Assembly (NCBI RefSeq): GCF_001194135.2
Contig: NC_068983.1
Coordinates: 85,309,551 to 85,370,302 of the forward strand
DNA from: Octopus bimaculoides
Lineage: Eukaryota
Direction of reading: 5' to 3'
DNA: 60,752 nt
The notes beneath the pieces are model-generated. The model was not told where the DNA came from. It saw only the letters and a program-made list of their open reading frames with translations, and made no database searches. The position numbers and the translations under genes were made by a program. Below are positions 21,081 through 35,833 of the stretch, piece by piece (position 1 is the first letter of the stretch; each line of letters begins with the position of its first letter).

Positions 21081-24000
21081 GAAGCAATTAGACAAACAGA
21101 GAGGCAAACATAAACACTAATAAAGCACATCCATACTCAACAGAGTACACCATAACCAGCCTTAGTGAGATATTTTTCAGCAAAAGTAAATACAAAAAGG
21201 CAGTGCCCTCACATGGGCACAGTCCAATAGCTGAAGTCAGTATAAGTACATATCTATAATAATAGTGAAATTTTGTCTGTCCATTTGGGACCCCTGTATC
21301 TCAGCCCACATTTGCCCTACATAGATATATTATACCGTTTTGGAATCAGGATAAACCTGGGATTGAAAATCTGCCCTTCATTTGGTTCTTGAACATCCAA
21401 CATTGGGATCTGGCTTAAAAGCATTTGGGTTGGTATTTGTAGCAGTTGGCTGATTCATGCCGTTTTAGTGGCATTTGTCAATGTCAGAGATCAAGAGGGA
21501 GATAAATGACATTCACTTTATTAATTTTATGTCAAGATAAGAACTTTGGGACAAATTGGTCAACAGCTGGAATTCAACTTGGGACTTGAACAATAGAATG
21601 ATTGCATTACAGAATAAATTCTTATCTGTTCTTAACCTCTGATCAAGTACCACCAGGGCATGTAGTCATTATAAATGTATTATAGTGATGTTATTTAGGT
21701 CTCTTTAGGTTTGGGCTACTGGCCCAATTAGCACTCTGCAGGAGCTACCTTAAAAGTTTGCACAGAGTGTGGCTTTTAAGCTAGTATAAAATATTTTCTT
21801 ATATGCAAGCACATCACTGTCAAAATACTGTCTTTAATGATAGTGTGTTGCTAGTAATTATGCATGAATTTAATATGGATTTACACTAATTCTAAAATTC
21901 TAAACTATTTAACATCTTCATGGAACAACTAAAATACAACTTCAAAATAGATGAATCCATTTTAGCTTCAGTACATACTCTCAATACTGGTTGAAAATAA
22001 TGACATAGCAGTTTAGAATTGGCAATTAGGTTAAAAGAAAATCAAATACCAGTGTGTAGAGTAACTGTTGATAGGGAAATGTTAATCTTGTGGACATTTT
22101 GTAAGTGCTGCCAGTCTACACTGTAAAGTGGTTGGCAATAGGAAGGGTATCAAATTATAAATCAATGCCAAAAAAGCATGAACTAATGGAGATATTGACT
22201 CTATGTATCTCATTGTAGGCAAATCAGCTGGAAGAATAGATACTCTGAATAAAACCAGTAATATAACCAGCAAGGTAGCAAGGACTAATCTTTTTTCCAT
22301 ATAACAATGGTATAATAAAATGCATTCAGTCTATGTCACAAAGTTGTTGGTAACAGGAAAGGCTTCTGGCTGCAATGATCATGCCATACACAATAAAGAT
22401 AGCTGGATTTCTCTTTCTGTCAGATCAAGAGGTATTGCAATGAGCAAAAAAAAAAAAAAAGGAGACTGATCAACCAATGTCAGCATGGAAGAAGGGGGTA
22501 CAAAATCATGGTGATGATACCATAATGCAAATGAGTTAAATTTATGTCATTTGATGCATTTAAATACTTAATCTAGTATCATGCAGTTTTTAAAGATTCA
22601 ACCCATTTCAGCATTGTACTAATGAGCAGTAATCACACAGATACAACAGTATAATGACGGTTGTCTATTTAATTTTTGAGGTGTGTGTGTGTGTGTGTGT
22701 GTGTATATACTTTGATTTTAAAATAATTTTTGCAATTAAAACTAAAAGAAAAATACAGAAAATCACTAAAACAAGTTTAAATGTATATTTTGTATAAGAA
22801 TTAACTTGTGTGATATTTTATTTGATTCCACCCCACTCTTCCACATTACTTCATTAGCTAGACTCCAAAGAGATATGTTGGTTACAATGTCTAAAATGCT
22901 TAATCAACTGCAGAACCATACTTAAGCAAATGTAAAAAAAAGTTTAATCAAAAAGATTGTATAATGATCTATGGTAAGATAGTTTACTTGCTTCTTATAA
23001 TTTAGTTGGGAAATACCAGTTGAGTGTCAAGTAGTTTGTATTAATAATGACTTCTTGCACTGACACAAGACCACTAATTGATAGGAAAATGATGTAAGCA
23101 GTTAACCTGGTACAAGATTAATATTTTGCATCTACCCAAGTCCTTACAAAAAAAAAAATAGTCTAAAAAAAATTAAAAGGTAAAGTGAGCCCCTACTGAA
23201 TTCAAAGGAGTGAAACTAAATACTGTTAAGTATTTAAATGTTAGTCCCAGGGATCTACTCTGTCATTCCACTATTTTCACAAAGCATCTAACTGAAATAT
23301 CATTTCAACCAAAGGGTTTCATCCTTAGTCACTAACCAATAATGATGCAAGTTTCAAATTGATTAATCTAACACCAAACAGTCAATCAATTTCCCAGTCT
23401 AACAAAATTTGAAAATCTTCAGACACTGCCCTTCTTTCTTAGACAAGTATACATGTGTGTGTGTGTGCACGCATGTTGCGTACCTGGTTAAATAAATATA
23501 CAAATATACGAGAATTTTTAAAGAATGGATTTCAATTCACATTATTTTAAAAAGAAGACTGAAAGCAAAATTGCAATTTGGTGAAATCATTTGAATTTTT
23601 AAAGTAATGAGAAGAATGAAGGCAATGCAAATTTAATTTTAAAAAAGGGGAAGAATAATTGATACTCTAATTTTAAATGGTATATGCGTATCTGCATCTG
23701 TATGTATGCTCTGATGTGTATGTGTTACATCCGTCTGTGTATATTTATATGTATGTGCGTGCACTTCTCTAGTTATCAATGTCTGAACAGATCTGAATGT
23801 GTAAATATGTGATGATGTCTGTGTGCATGTGATGTTTACATATGTTTGCATGTGCAGCAGTGTGATGATGTAAATGAAACAAAATACATATAAAAAAAAA
23901 ACTTCAATTGATTTATAGTTTGGACCACTAATACAATTTACTGGAGAAATTTAATTTCCTTCAAATAACCCAAGGTTAACAACCTGTAATAACAGTCTTC

Positions 24001-24544
24001 ACTCTCCAGCTTTACCAACTCGAAGGAATCGTTCAACAAAAAGCAGGATGAAGCCTTCTTAGCAAACAACAGGAACAAACAACCACAAAACCAGCATAAG
24101 AAAAAAACATGGGTTGGAGGTATCATAAATTTAAATAAGAATTATAACATAATGACATTCTAAATAATCAAATCCTTATATAGAAAAAGTAAAATATTAA
24201 AAATGCATCAATCTAAAATCAAAGTAAGATGGAATTAAAACCTAGAGGTGTCTAATTCACTATGATTTTACATCAATACTTTTCAAAGAATGCAGTAAAC
24301 ATTGATTGCATATCTCATATTCTTGCTATTCAAACGTTGAGTAAAAGCTAAATTCATTGTCATTACTTAGCTACATAAGCAGATTTTGAAAAACACACTA
24401 CACCACAAAGTAGATATTTCTAAGCTAATTTTTCATTTGCTTAAGTTCTCATAATGAAAACCATCTGTGACTGTGTTGAAGTATTAAAAAAAAATATTGA
24501 TACTTCATTATCTACAAATTAAACACTAATTTTTACTAATAAGA

Positions 24545-24825
24545 CATGTGCCAGTGCCAATGCAATAAAAAAAGCACCTGTGCTGGTGCCTCATAAAAAT
24601 TACCTGTGCTGGTGCCACATAAAAATTACCTGTGCCAGTACCACGTAAAAAGCACCCAACACATTCTGTAAAGTGGTTGGTGTTAAGAAGAGCATCCAGC
24701 TGTAGAAATCATGCCAAATCAGACTGCAACTAATCCAGCTCCCTATCATGCTAGCTCTGGTTAAACCATCTGACCCATGCCATCATAGAAAACAGATGTT
24801 AAATAATAATGATGATGATGAAGAA
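24545..24825 (+). mobile_element. RTE-type 3'-tail element
   Basis: Repeated gtgctggtgccacataaaaa units, then agcatccagctgtagaaa...gacccatgc...(GAT)n. Confidence 0.75.
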
Positions 24826-24907
24826 GAAGAAGAAACTTCATCCAAAACAAGATTTCATAATAAGAAATATAAATTGTCTATGTAAATACAGAATATATTA
24901 GAGAAAT

Positions 24908-25145
24908 AGGTGCAGTAGTGGCTGTGTGGTAAGAAGCTTGCTTCTCAACCACATGGTTCCAGGTTGAGTCCCACTGCATGGCACCTTGGGCTAGTGTCTT
25001 CTACTGTAGCCTCGGGATGATCAAAGCCTTGTGAGTGGATTTGGAAGACAGAAGGTGAAAGAAGCTTGTCATATATGTATATCGCTTGACAAGTAACGTT
25101 GATGTGTTTATGTCCCCGAAACTTAGCAATTCAGTAAAAGAGACT
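24908..25145 (+). mobile_element. SINE family A copy
   Basis: Collinear with 1-270. Confidence 0.8.
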
Positions 25146-27409
25146 TCTTTTTTTTTTTTTCTATGGTCTCTGTACTAAGTTGATGAAACTTTTTTCTTTA
25201 CAATGATGAGATAGTGATGACGGTATAAAAGCTACAATCATATGTAAGACAAATATCATTACAGACAATACCAAGATGAAAGAAAATGAGAGCATCCATT
25301 CGGGATTACATCATTAAATATGCTACTAATTCAAACACACACAAACACAAAAGTGAGGTTATTCTTGTTCTCCATCAAGTGTCCACTAAATATCAATGAA
25401 ACCAATACCCATTCACTGTTTTGTAAGTGAAACTTATCTTCACTTCCTCTGCCCCAACTAACCATATGAACTGATTTAAAGAAATCTGAAAAGCCCATAT
25501 TCAAGTACACACACACACAGATAGTTTTGTTGCTACTCTGAGTTTTGTGTTACCATTGATTACACAATTATATAAAAAGAAAATACACCCCAGTGAGAAT
25601 GCCAGGCACATTTGGGCTTTTTGGACCTTTTTGTTGACACATACTCACAACTAACTACATGCTTGAATGAAAATTCACCACTTTTTATATAGAACTGTAA
25701 ATAAAACATTTACTGATGTTGCAAGTAGCCCCCTTCCTGAATAAAAATCCAGTCCAGGCAACTGAGGTAACATTAAATTAAAATAGCAACTTATGCATCA
25801 TACTTAATGTATACACATTGTGGTATTTGTCCTTAGATAACATCTCTTATGGATGTGCTGTATTAAAAACACAACAAATATTGGAGGGAGACTGTCCATA
25901 AGAGATCTTATCTCAGGACAGATACCACAGAGACTTGTCTATCAACACACTGAATTGTGTTTCAAGATGGATATCATTACAATCCTGAAGTAAAAGTCAG
26001 TCAGTCTTCTTTCTTTCTTCTTTTCTTTCTTTCTTTCTTCCTTCCTTCCTTTCTTTCTTTCTTCTTTCCTTTCAACAAATATGAGCAGAAGAATAACCCA
26101 TTAAATTAACCAATCTGAGAGTAGTGACATTAATGTTAGGTATGGTATTCATCATAAATTCAATAATAATCTCCTACAACAAGCCTACATCTGTACACAT
26201 CAAGTGGTAAACATATATATGCACATACATACGTGGAAATGAGGATATATTAGCCAACACAGCTCTTTCAAATCTACAGCTAATTGTCAACCAAACAACA
26301 AATGCCTACCCTTCTTCGACATTCTCTTTAATATATTCATTATTGGAAATTTTTATTAAAGAAAAGAATTATAAAAATAACAAGAACAAAATGAAAGATA
26401 TTTGATTCCATATTTTTAAAAAATGTAGATTTGCTGTAAATACCCCAGGATATTTTCTTAATCATGTGTAAGATAAATGCTTAAACTGACAGGAATATAA
26501 TATTCTGGAATAAACCAATACCAAAATCTTCCCAAGTTGTCATGCAACAGAGCAATGCAGAAAACTGGGGAGAAAAAAGAATGCCACAATGCAAGTACAG
26601 GAATATTTTCTTCAAAAGACAAGTTTAGTTCAAATAAATGCATTGAAGCATGCAAGACACATTTTATCTTTAAAGGCAGAAACCGTTTTTTCCCCAACTT
26701 CACTTTCTTTAATTTAGCATTCGTTTTTATTTATTTATTTGTTTGCATATTCCAACAGATTTAGAGAGGAAAATTCTGTTTATCTACATAAATAGTACCT
26801 CTGCTGCCATTGCATGTATTACAATGCAGAGTTGTAAGGATTTGGTATGCAAGACTCCATACTGTGTCTCCTCCATACCCAGGAGTAACTGGTTTACTTT
26901 ACTTCCTGCTAGGGGAAAGCCTAAGTATCACAATTTCTATTTCTCCAGCTGATGTTAAGTGTGTTTCATTGTTTAAATTTCTGGTTGCTTAAATTTTGAA
27001 TTTCTAACTTCAGTGAAGCTGGTATCACCAGGAATCCCACTTTTGTAGATGACCCTTTGAGGAGTTTCTCTAATGAAAATGGTTAGTCACTTAATTTGAA
27101 TATTAAACAGTGAAGTACAAACAAATCATATGCAGGAAATTCTATGATTCCTAATAACAACATAAGAAATAGCAGCCAAATCTTTTAAACCACACCTTAA
27201 TCTGTAAAAACTAAAGGATGTGCCATAATGGTTAATGTAAACTTAGACACACTATTTCAGATGATATAGTCATAACTGGGACATCTTTGCTTATTTGTCT
27301 GCTCAATCATTACTAAACTCGGCTAAATAACTGAGATAATAACAGATTATTCTGATTACAAATAGACAGAAAATGCAGAAGATGTGTAAAAGTTGGGGAG
27401 AAATAAAAC

Positions 27410-27790
27410 AATGATATTCTGCTGGATGTGTACAGTTAATGTGCATGAACAACAAGGAATAGATGAGCTGAGAGATAAACTGTAAGAGAAATCAGATATA
27501 CTGTGCAAGAGAGAAAGACAACTGCATTGGCATGGGAATGTAATGTGTATAGATAAAAGATGGCTAAAGAAGGTCAGGAGATCTAAGTGGGAAGAAGCTG
27601 TGGAAGAAGAAGACCAAGGAAGACATAGGCAAAAGTGGTGAAAGATGGTCTCAGAGTGTTCAACCTTAGAAAGTAAATGACAAAGGAATGCAAGAAATGA
27701 TGAAATACTGTATTAAAAAGGACCTGTGCACTCATAGAAGCAAGAAAGGGAATGTAGTAGTAATGATGACAATGACGGCGATAATGATGA
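27410..27790 (+). mobile_element. RTE LINE 3' end, decayed
   Basis: Fragments WMCTVNVHEQ, ERQLHWHGNVM and GRPRKT, followed by a (GAT)n tail. Confidence 0.75.
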
Positions 27791-29082
27791 TAACCATGAT
27801 AATGACTTCAATAAGCTGCTTCTAAACCTCTACCCACATCTGAATTAACATCAACTGATTTCATCTCTTTTTATTTTCATCTATAATTCACCCTTCTTCT
27901 CTGCTTTGTTCCACAAATTACTTTTCCATTGCAGTTATTTTCCACCTATCTTTTTTTCATTTGTATTCATACAAGTCCAGTAATAAAACTGATAATAATA
28001 ACCCAGTAATGTAATGCTGGGTACTACAATTTTAAGAAAGACTTTCCTAGTACTTCTGGCAATATAAATAAGAGGGTCTGGTGCCAAGGAAGGTCATTGA
28101 GCAATAACAGAGCTTGGTGCCAGAAATGTCATCATGCAATTAAAGCAAAAATTACTGTAAAATGAAATATCCAGTCAACCAATACAAGAATGCCACTATA
28201 ATTCTACAAAGGAGTAAACTGAAGTAGAAAAAACAAAACAAACTAAATATAAACTGCTATTTTTTGTTCTCCACGGACAACAATTATGTTTAGAACATAA
28301 TTGAAAAGTTATATAACTCATACATAGGTTATACCAGTCTGTTATCATCCATTAGCAGCTTAAACCTTTTGTGTCCATATTTCTAGTGAAAATATACTGC
28401 TTGTGCATTTCACTTAACTTTAAAAATAGTAAAGAATCTGAAAGGATTTTGTGTTTTGAAAATAACTTGGATAGTTTCAGTTTAAATATGAACAGATTAA
28501 AATGGAATGTGCTGTATCCCAGAACCTGATGCAGTGTCAAAGAGGTTGATATCATAAGGATTAAATGATCCAGCAAAGGAATTTCTATGTAAACTCCAAA
28601 ACAATGTGGCAGCAGTAAAATCCTTCATGACAAACTCATTAAGCTGATAAATTCATTCTTTACCAAACCATAAAAATCTGTAGTACTAGTTCTTTTGTTC
28701 AGTTTCCATAGCCTGAACTAGGGTGGTAAACTCAATCTATTAACAACTTTAACACCTGTCTTTTAGCACTTCAGTAGAATTCATTCAGAAAAGTTCTCCA
28801 GTCTGAAGGCAACCTACTCATAATGATGTATTTCCCATCTTTCCCACCTTGAAAGTATGGAAAAAAGATCTCTACAGCTTCTATCCCTAAAAAATGACTT
28901 GATTAGACAAGACCTTGCAACACCATCATCACTATTAACAGATTAATACAATTTTTCACATAACCATTATTTGGATGGGTTTTCAGCACATTCACATATT
29001 CCTTTGTCGCTTTACAAAGTTAACCATTTGTATTAAATTTTCCCCGAGTGCATCACCTACTATGATATACTAAAATACTTAC

Positions 29083-29275
29083 ATTCAATTCTATTCCACT
29101 CAACAGATACTGAGCAAACACCCAAAGGCTTTGTAGCTTATTCAGAGTTCAGCTTATACTCAGTCTACCGTCTGATACACAGTCACACTGTTCCCTCAAA
29201 ATGTCGGACTAAATCTGTTCCACATCAGTTACTGGCAGATTACATAGTAAAACAAATTAAGAGGGAAAACAATTC
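29083..29275 (-). other. Candidate non-coding (5' UTR or poison) exon of the FBXL gene
   Basis: Acceptor ctttcttttctcttag and donor gtaagt bracket 193 nt that I could not assign to a repeat. There is an in-frame stop relative to the downstream FBXL exon. Support is from splice signals only. Confidence 0.3.
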
Positions 29276-30395
29276 CTAAGAGAAAAGAAAGTGCTAGTTT
29301 AAAAAGAAAAAAATGTAAAGAAACAACTAAAAACGTTTAGAAAGTTAAGTCAAACTGAGTCAGAGTATGACAGGACAAAAAAAAAAAGAGTTAATAGCTG
29401 GTTTACAAAATAGAATCAGATGACTAAGGACAATAATTTCCACACTGACCAACATCCACTCTCCAAAATACTGCAATGTCAATATCCTGCTGTCAACAAA
29501 CTAGTTCACACACAATACAGGTAAACATTTGAAATTCCAAAGCTCTTACTGTTGGATAAGAAGTCTGAGCAAGCACAGATATTATTTATTTGTAAGACTA
29601 GTTATACACATACTCATATGTATAATCAATTTTTACAAGCATATACCTACACATTTTGTATGACACATTCCTTCTGCAAACTTACCTATGTGTGTATATG
29701 TGCACATGTTAGTATGTGCATGTGTATAAATGTATTCACGGTGCAGTGCACATCTCTCTTTTCTTCAATTACTTTCTCAGGATTCCTTACCACCCTTGTC
29801 TATTTCTCTCTTCCTTAACCTCCCTTCCTCCTACACCTTCCATCTATACTTACTCTTATAATGCAGGACAGCCTTGGATCCCCTTCTACAAAATGCACTT
29901 CACTGACTTAAAATACAGACATATAGACCAGTAGAGGCATAAGCTGTATATTAACAGCACTGATCCAACTAGCCTGAAAAAGACTGTAAAGGCTATGAGC
30001 ATTGCCTCCTCTTCGATTATGTAACATTTTGTATGTGTGTGTCTATCTATCTATACATATATGTATGTATGTAGGTATGTATGTATGGGTGATGAAAGAA
30101 AAGCATGAAATTAAAATCTATGGAAGGACAAAGCAACAACAACAACAACAAAAACAAAAATACAGAAGATTTGTCAGTAAGGAGGCCGGTTGGCAGAGAA
30201 AGTAAAATAAAATAGAAAATGTGATAATCAACTAATTACAAATCCTGGCCAGAAGCAAACAATGACTACACCAAATTACAGCTTGCCAAACTTCATTAAC
30301 TATTACTACTGCTACTACACAGTGTAATAATGAAATGTCAGCCAAGCTAAATACTTAGACTACAAGCGTAAATGTCACTTGTAACCAAGTGTACT

Positions 30396-30435
<40 letters not shown>

Positions 30436-30505
30436 TATAATTTATATTTATATATATAATTTATATAGTCATAAATAAACCATATATATATATATATATA
30501 TAATT

Positions 30506-30546
<41 letters not shown>

Positions 30547-31069
30547 GGATGGATGGATAGATAAACATTTAGAATGCATGGTGTGAGTACACACACACAA
30601 TCATATGATAACAGAGTAAGAGTAAACTATTGGCAGAGGAAAAAAAGTTATGTTAGGAGTTCAATCCCTCAATGCTGCCAAGGTTAGTTTTTCTACTAAA
30701 GAACTATGAATCCTTTTACTAATACCATAGTCTTGTTTAGTCTCAGGTTACTCTCATTGAAAAAGCCTATAATCAAATGCATTCCATCTATGACCATCCC
30801 ATTCTCTTGTTTCCCTTGAACTACATTATCAAATGTATCGTTTCTTTTAGATGGTAGAGTATGATCTAAGGGAGATCTGTTTGCTAATTCTAGCAGGTCA
30901 AACAACATAGAGACTCCCTCATTACTTGTCCTGTGCTGTTGTTGTTTAGCACTAGGTCAGACGAGGCTGAGCAAGCCCATGACAAAGATGTTTCAGCAAT
31001 GATTATCCACTTCAGTTTGTATATTTGAGACAACGTTTTTCCAAGGTGTCTTTATTTCTTTCTTTTCTT

Positions 31070-31295
31070 TTAATCCTTTAGCATTGAAAATGACCATATA
31101 TGGCCCAAATATTCTACCTGTGTTACGTTCAAACTTGCCAAATCTGGCCTCTCACACCGACCCTACAACGTCATTCTAAAAATAAACAATCACATGATTG
31201 AAATCTCATTGCTATGAGATAATACAATTAATTCAAAACAATGTGAATAAATAAGCCTTACATTCTACAGAGTCATCTTCATGGTAAAGGGTTAA
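31070..31295 (+). mobile_element. piggyBac-like MITE
   Basis: Same family; ends ...aaagggttaa. Confidence 0.75.
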
Positions 31296-32548
31296 AGACA
31301 GTGTGCATGATTTTAGGGAAATCTGAGTTTCTAGGGTTTATGATTGTGTGAACTACAAGGGAGTATCAAGCAATTCAGGCAGAACAAATAATACGGTTTA
31401 TTACTTGAGTTCAAATGTACCAATTTATTGGGGGTTTTTTTCTTGCCAATGTTTAAATGTTTATCTGATATACAACATGAAAGACGGGGAGGGACAAGCA
31501 ATCTAATGGTTAGTGTGTTGCTCCTACAACTGTGAGATCCTGGACTGGGCAGTGTGTTGTGTTCTGAAGCAAAACCCTTCATCCCACATTGCTCTGCAAT
31601 CACTGTGACATCAAACAACTGGCACTTTGTGCACTTGAACAGACAATGCCAATTTGATGGATGGAGGGAGTTGATGTACAACACAAACATTTGATCACTA
31701 TAAATAAAACCAGCTGTGCAGGTTGTTCAGCAAGAAATTACAAAACTGTCCTCTGTTGTCCATGAAAGAAGAGACCACAGATGATGCACGCATGCACACA
31801 TGGTCTTTTGCTGCACTAGTTTCCCTTTACTAAATCCCACTCAAAATGCATTGGTCAGCACAAGGCTTTTTATAGAATATCCTTGCAAAGGTGCAAAGCA
31901 GTGGTTGAGAAGCAAACTTCTTAACCCAATAGCAATGCTAACATCAATACCTTTCAGACAGCTTTTAGAATTTAGAACGATAGGTAACATTTTCAACCAA
32001 TGACAGGATTCTTAGTTGTATTCAAATTTAAACATCTTGAATGCAAATGGAGAAGCATGAATATTTTTCTCTACAGACTGTGAAGAACAGGTGCTTCCAG
32101 AACAAGGAAAATGCCCTGTAGCACTAAATGGATTTTTATAATCTAAAATTCTTTGTTCTAGTTATTTCCAATTGATTCAGATGAAATCCAAAAAGATGCA
32201 ATCCCTTCAATCTCTTCTTGGAGGAAGAACAGTAGCATTCATGATTCTTTTCAAAGTCTCTTATCCCCAGGCCACAAGCTCAACCAGAATGCTTGCAACT
32301 GAGTAAATTTCACTGAAGGTAGCTACATTGTTGTGTGGTGATGCTAAACTATACTGGGATTAAGTCAACCACCCAAGAACAAGAATAGCCCCTCTGATAG
32401 GCTTTAACAGCTTTTGCCTACCAAATTTCAATCACAAAGCTTTTCCCAATGTGAGGCTATGGTAGAATGCACTTACTCCTCAAAGCAGGATCAGACCTGT
32501 ACCTGTGAAGTGAACTTCTGACTTACACAGTGGTTCTTAGGGTAGATA

Positions 32549-33446
32549 CAGGTGATATCAAAATGTTCCTAGATTAGTTCTGTAGTGCACCATATAGTTG
32601 CATGCACAGTGAGAGCTATCAGTGACCTTCATGAAGCAGTGTGCTGATTGATATTGCTATGTTTACTTCACAAGTTGTGAAATTTGTGTTTCTGTGATCA
32701 CATGTATACTGTAGTCTGCAATTTTGTCATGGACAGGAACAAAGAGCCAACGTGAAAGCTTGTGTTAAAATTGAGAAGCTTGCTACAGACACTGAGCATG
32801 CTTTGGCAAGCTTACCACCACAGGGCAATGGGTCATATGCAATGTTTCAAATGGTATGGATGCTTCAAAAGTGGAAGAACATCCCTGGAAGTTGATGAGC
32901 GATCTGGAAGACCACAAGCATCACCCCTGAAAATGTGGTATTGTGCATTGAGAATTCATCCCCCCATGGCCAAACTGTCAGTCAAGAGTTCTATTATGGC
33001 ATTTTGAAGTGTTTGAGGAAGGACATTCGGCAAAAGCGATCGGATCCATGGAGTGCAAAGAAGTGGATTCTTCATGATGACAGTGCACCCTCTCACTGAG
33101 TTCTCCTCACTTGTGAGTTTCTCACCAAAAATAACATGATATCATTTCTGCACCTGCCCTATTTGCCAGATTTAGCACCTGCAGACTATCTCTTCCCCAA
33201 CATGAAAATGCAACTCAAAGATTGCCATTTAAACACTGTTGTTGAGATCCAGAGCGAACTGCAGAAGGTCCTCGAATCACTTACAGAAAATGACTTCCAA
33301 GCTGGATTTCAAAAGTGGCAGGGATGCTGGGACCAGTGTATTGCTGCACAAAGTCACTATTTCGAAGGAGACAATGTTAAAACGTAGGTAAATAGGTTAT
33401 TTCTTATTGAACATAACTAGTCCAGAAACCTTTTGATACCATCGCG
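32549..33446 (+). mobile_element. mariner transposon, internally deleted (898 bp)
   Basis: TA target duplications at 32547-32548 and 33447-33448. Imperfect TIRs (CAGGTGATATCAAAATGTTCCTAGATTAGTT vs reverse-complement CGCGATGGTATCAAAAGGTTTCTGGACTAGTT). Transposase pieces FKSGRTSLEVDERSGRP, WILHDDSAPSH, HLPYLPDLAPADY and YFEGD. Confidence 0.92.
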
Positions 33447-34119
33447 TAAAATGCTCTGGAAATAAATGATCTTGCTAACAGACTAGCAAATAAAAAGAGA
33501 TTATTTCTTATGTAAAAAATAAAGGAAGAAAATGTAATGAAACTGGTGATGGTTTCCAATGACAAAACTCAGAGTGGAGTAAGTTCATGAGATTATAAGT
33601 CATGTGTTGAAGAGGGATCTGATATTTTAGGACTGCCCTTTCATCTGAGAGGGAAGATTTTTTCCACTGCAATATTTAGATAATATTCAGAATATATAAA
33701 GACAGAAGAGTGAGGATACAGGGGTATGAACAAAAAAAGTGAAAGGAATTATAACCTGTACTTTATGTGTTGTCATGTAACCACATGGCAATTGTACAGA
33801 AGTCAAAGTTTAGTAAGTTTAATAAGAGGGATATGGTGAATACACATGCATGATGTTCAAGTAGGTGTTCACATACATGATAAAATTTATTTTGTGTGGT
33901 TGTAAGAATACTGAAAATTAATTTTACAGCTTTCTTTGTAGAGTTTAATGAACAGTGCTGTTGTGGAAGTAAGAATACAGATGACGATAACAGAGTAGTA
34001 ACAAGAATAAAGTCAGGTAGGGAACACATAATTTTTAAAGAAAAAGGAAACATTTTTTTTATTATGAAAATAAGAATCATTCATTAGGGCCAGTGAGTAA
34101 GTGCCAAGAGTGAATGTAA

Positions 34120-34680
34120 GTTACTTCTCTATATGATGATGATAATATCAGCAATGACATAAATGACAATAATGACATCATCTCCCTTAATGTCATTACT
34201 AACATTTTCCTTGATGTCAGCAATGACATCAAGAAAGATGTCAGCAATGACATCAAGGAAGATGATAGCAATGAAGACAACTCAAAAAATAAAAGATAAC
34301 AGCAATGTTGACAATGATAATAGTGACAATGACAATAATGCTGTTCATGATGTTAATAACAATAATAGTGATGATGGAGTGACAATAGTAATAATAATGT
34401 TAATTGTGATGATAATAGTAACAATGGCAATAATGTGCATGATGACTATAAGAGTCATTGGTGATAAAGACAACATTAGGAATAATTATGTTGATGATGA
34501 TAATAGTGGCAAACACAATGATGGTGATGACGGTGATAATGATGACAACTGTGCTGATGATGATAATGGCATTATAGTCATTATTCATAACGTTGATGTT
34601 AGTGATGTGATATTAAGTTGTTCAATCATAGAAATGTGGTGATAATGACAATGATGATGATGATGACTACAATGACATTA
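34120..34680. repeat. Degenerate (GAT/AAT)n low-complexity tract
   Basis: Trinucleotide-derived sequence producing spurious Asp/Asn/Met-rich ORFs. Confidence 0.85.
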
Positions 34681-35464
34681 ATAGCACTGTGGGTGGGGTG
34701 AATTAGTGAAAGCAGCCGTATCCATCACGTATCACTTCTCAAGAGAGAGAAAGTAAGCCCCTTAGGGAAAGTGAACATGACAACCACAATTGTTCACTCT
34801 CCACCACCTCCACCACCACCACCACCAGTCTAAATCTCAATGCCCAATTAAGAAATTACCATTAACAATGTCATTCTCAGTGTTTGTGATGCTGTTGTTG
34901 GTGTTAGTATTCAATATGGCTTTGTGTTAGGAATGGTGGTGATAGTGTGGTTGTTGCTGTCGGTAGTGTTGCTATTTAGCTGCAGTTCAACTTTGATTGA
35001 GAAGACCTATAATCAAAAGTATTCCAGTCATGACCATCAGCGTATCTAGGACAGCATTAATGGCAGCTACTATTTCTAGGAAATTATACACTATTTACTC
35101 CATGTTTTCAGGTATCAACACACATGTACACACACACACACACACAAAATCTACATGATGCCAGTTGTCTTGAATGCAGGAACCTTTATTTGTGGTGTGA
35201 AAGCTTCACAACATCTCTAGGCTGCAACAAAGTAAATAAATAAGCACTGAAACCTTGTCAAATTCTACACCAGTGTGTCTTGATCTTTTATTTCTATATT
35301 CCCCATTCACCACCTTTTCCAAATCAACCCACATCTGATAAGGAAATAAAATCCAATCAAGTACACAAAAACACTATTTATCACGACATTAACAGTCATA
35401 TTAATGTAATATTCAGTCCTTAAAATCAATGCCAAAGGAAATAAATGTAGCAAAAACAAAACAA

Positions 35465-35833
35465 ACAAGAGCACTCAGAGAGCGCAAACCTCTGCCAAGG
35501 CAACACCAATGTTCTCTCAATGGATTAGTTGGAGAGGATTTTTAAAATGAGAATACCTGAAATAAACTCAACTGCTCTCACAAATGAGAATACTAAAAAT
35601 GAACCTAACTGCTCTCAAAAATTAAGTAAAAAAAACTGGAAAATTAATTCAGAATCCTTGTCTGGTACCAAATCGATCCCAGAATCTAATCAGTTCATGC
35701 CAGTCACAAGGCCAAACATTCCTGAAAGTTTCATCTGAATCCATCCAATGGTTCTTGAGATATCTTGTACACAGACAAACAAACAAACACAACTGAAAAC
35801 AGTACCTCCACCTTCGCTAAAGTGGAGGTAATA
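35465..35833 (+). mobile_element. Helentron-associated/DINE-1-like non-autonomous element
   Basis: 5' acaagagcactcagagagcgcaaacctctgcc sub-TIR, internal aagtttcatc and (ACAA)n, and a 3' hairpin tacctccac...gtggaggta. Confidence 0.65.

Noticed and set aside
26304-26345. Minus-strand ATG TCG AAG AAG G|gtaggc as the FBXL start exon
   Set aside because: It ends in phase 1, whereas the next exon needs phase 0. The donor is weak and there is no homology.
26450-27080. Possible decayed LINE RT on the minus strand (similar vague traces at 11.5-11.8, 12.1-12.7, 28.5-29.0 and 56.4-57.3 kb)
   Set aside because: Only faint motif resemblance (e.g. EETQYGV), too weak to assign by eye.
34163-34642. 159-aa Asp/Asn/Met-rich ORF
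   Set aside because: It is a degenerate trinucleotide repeat lacking stops by composition.
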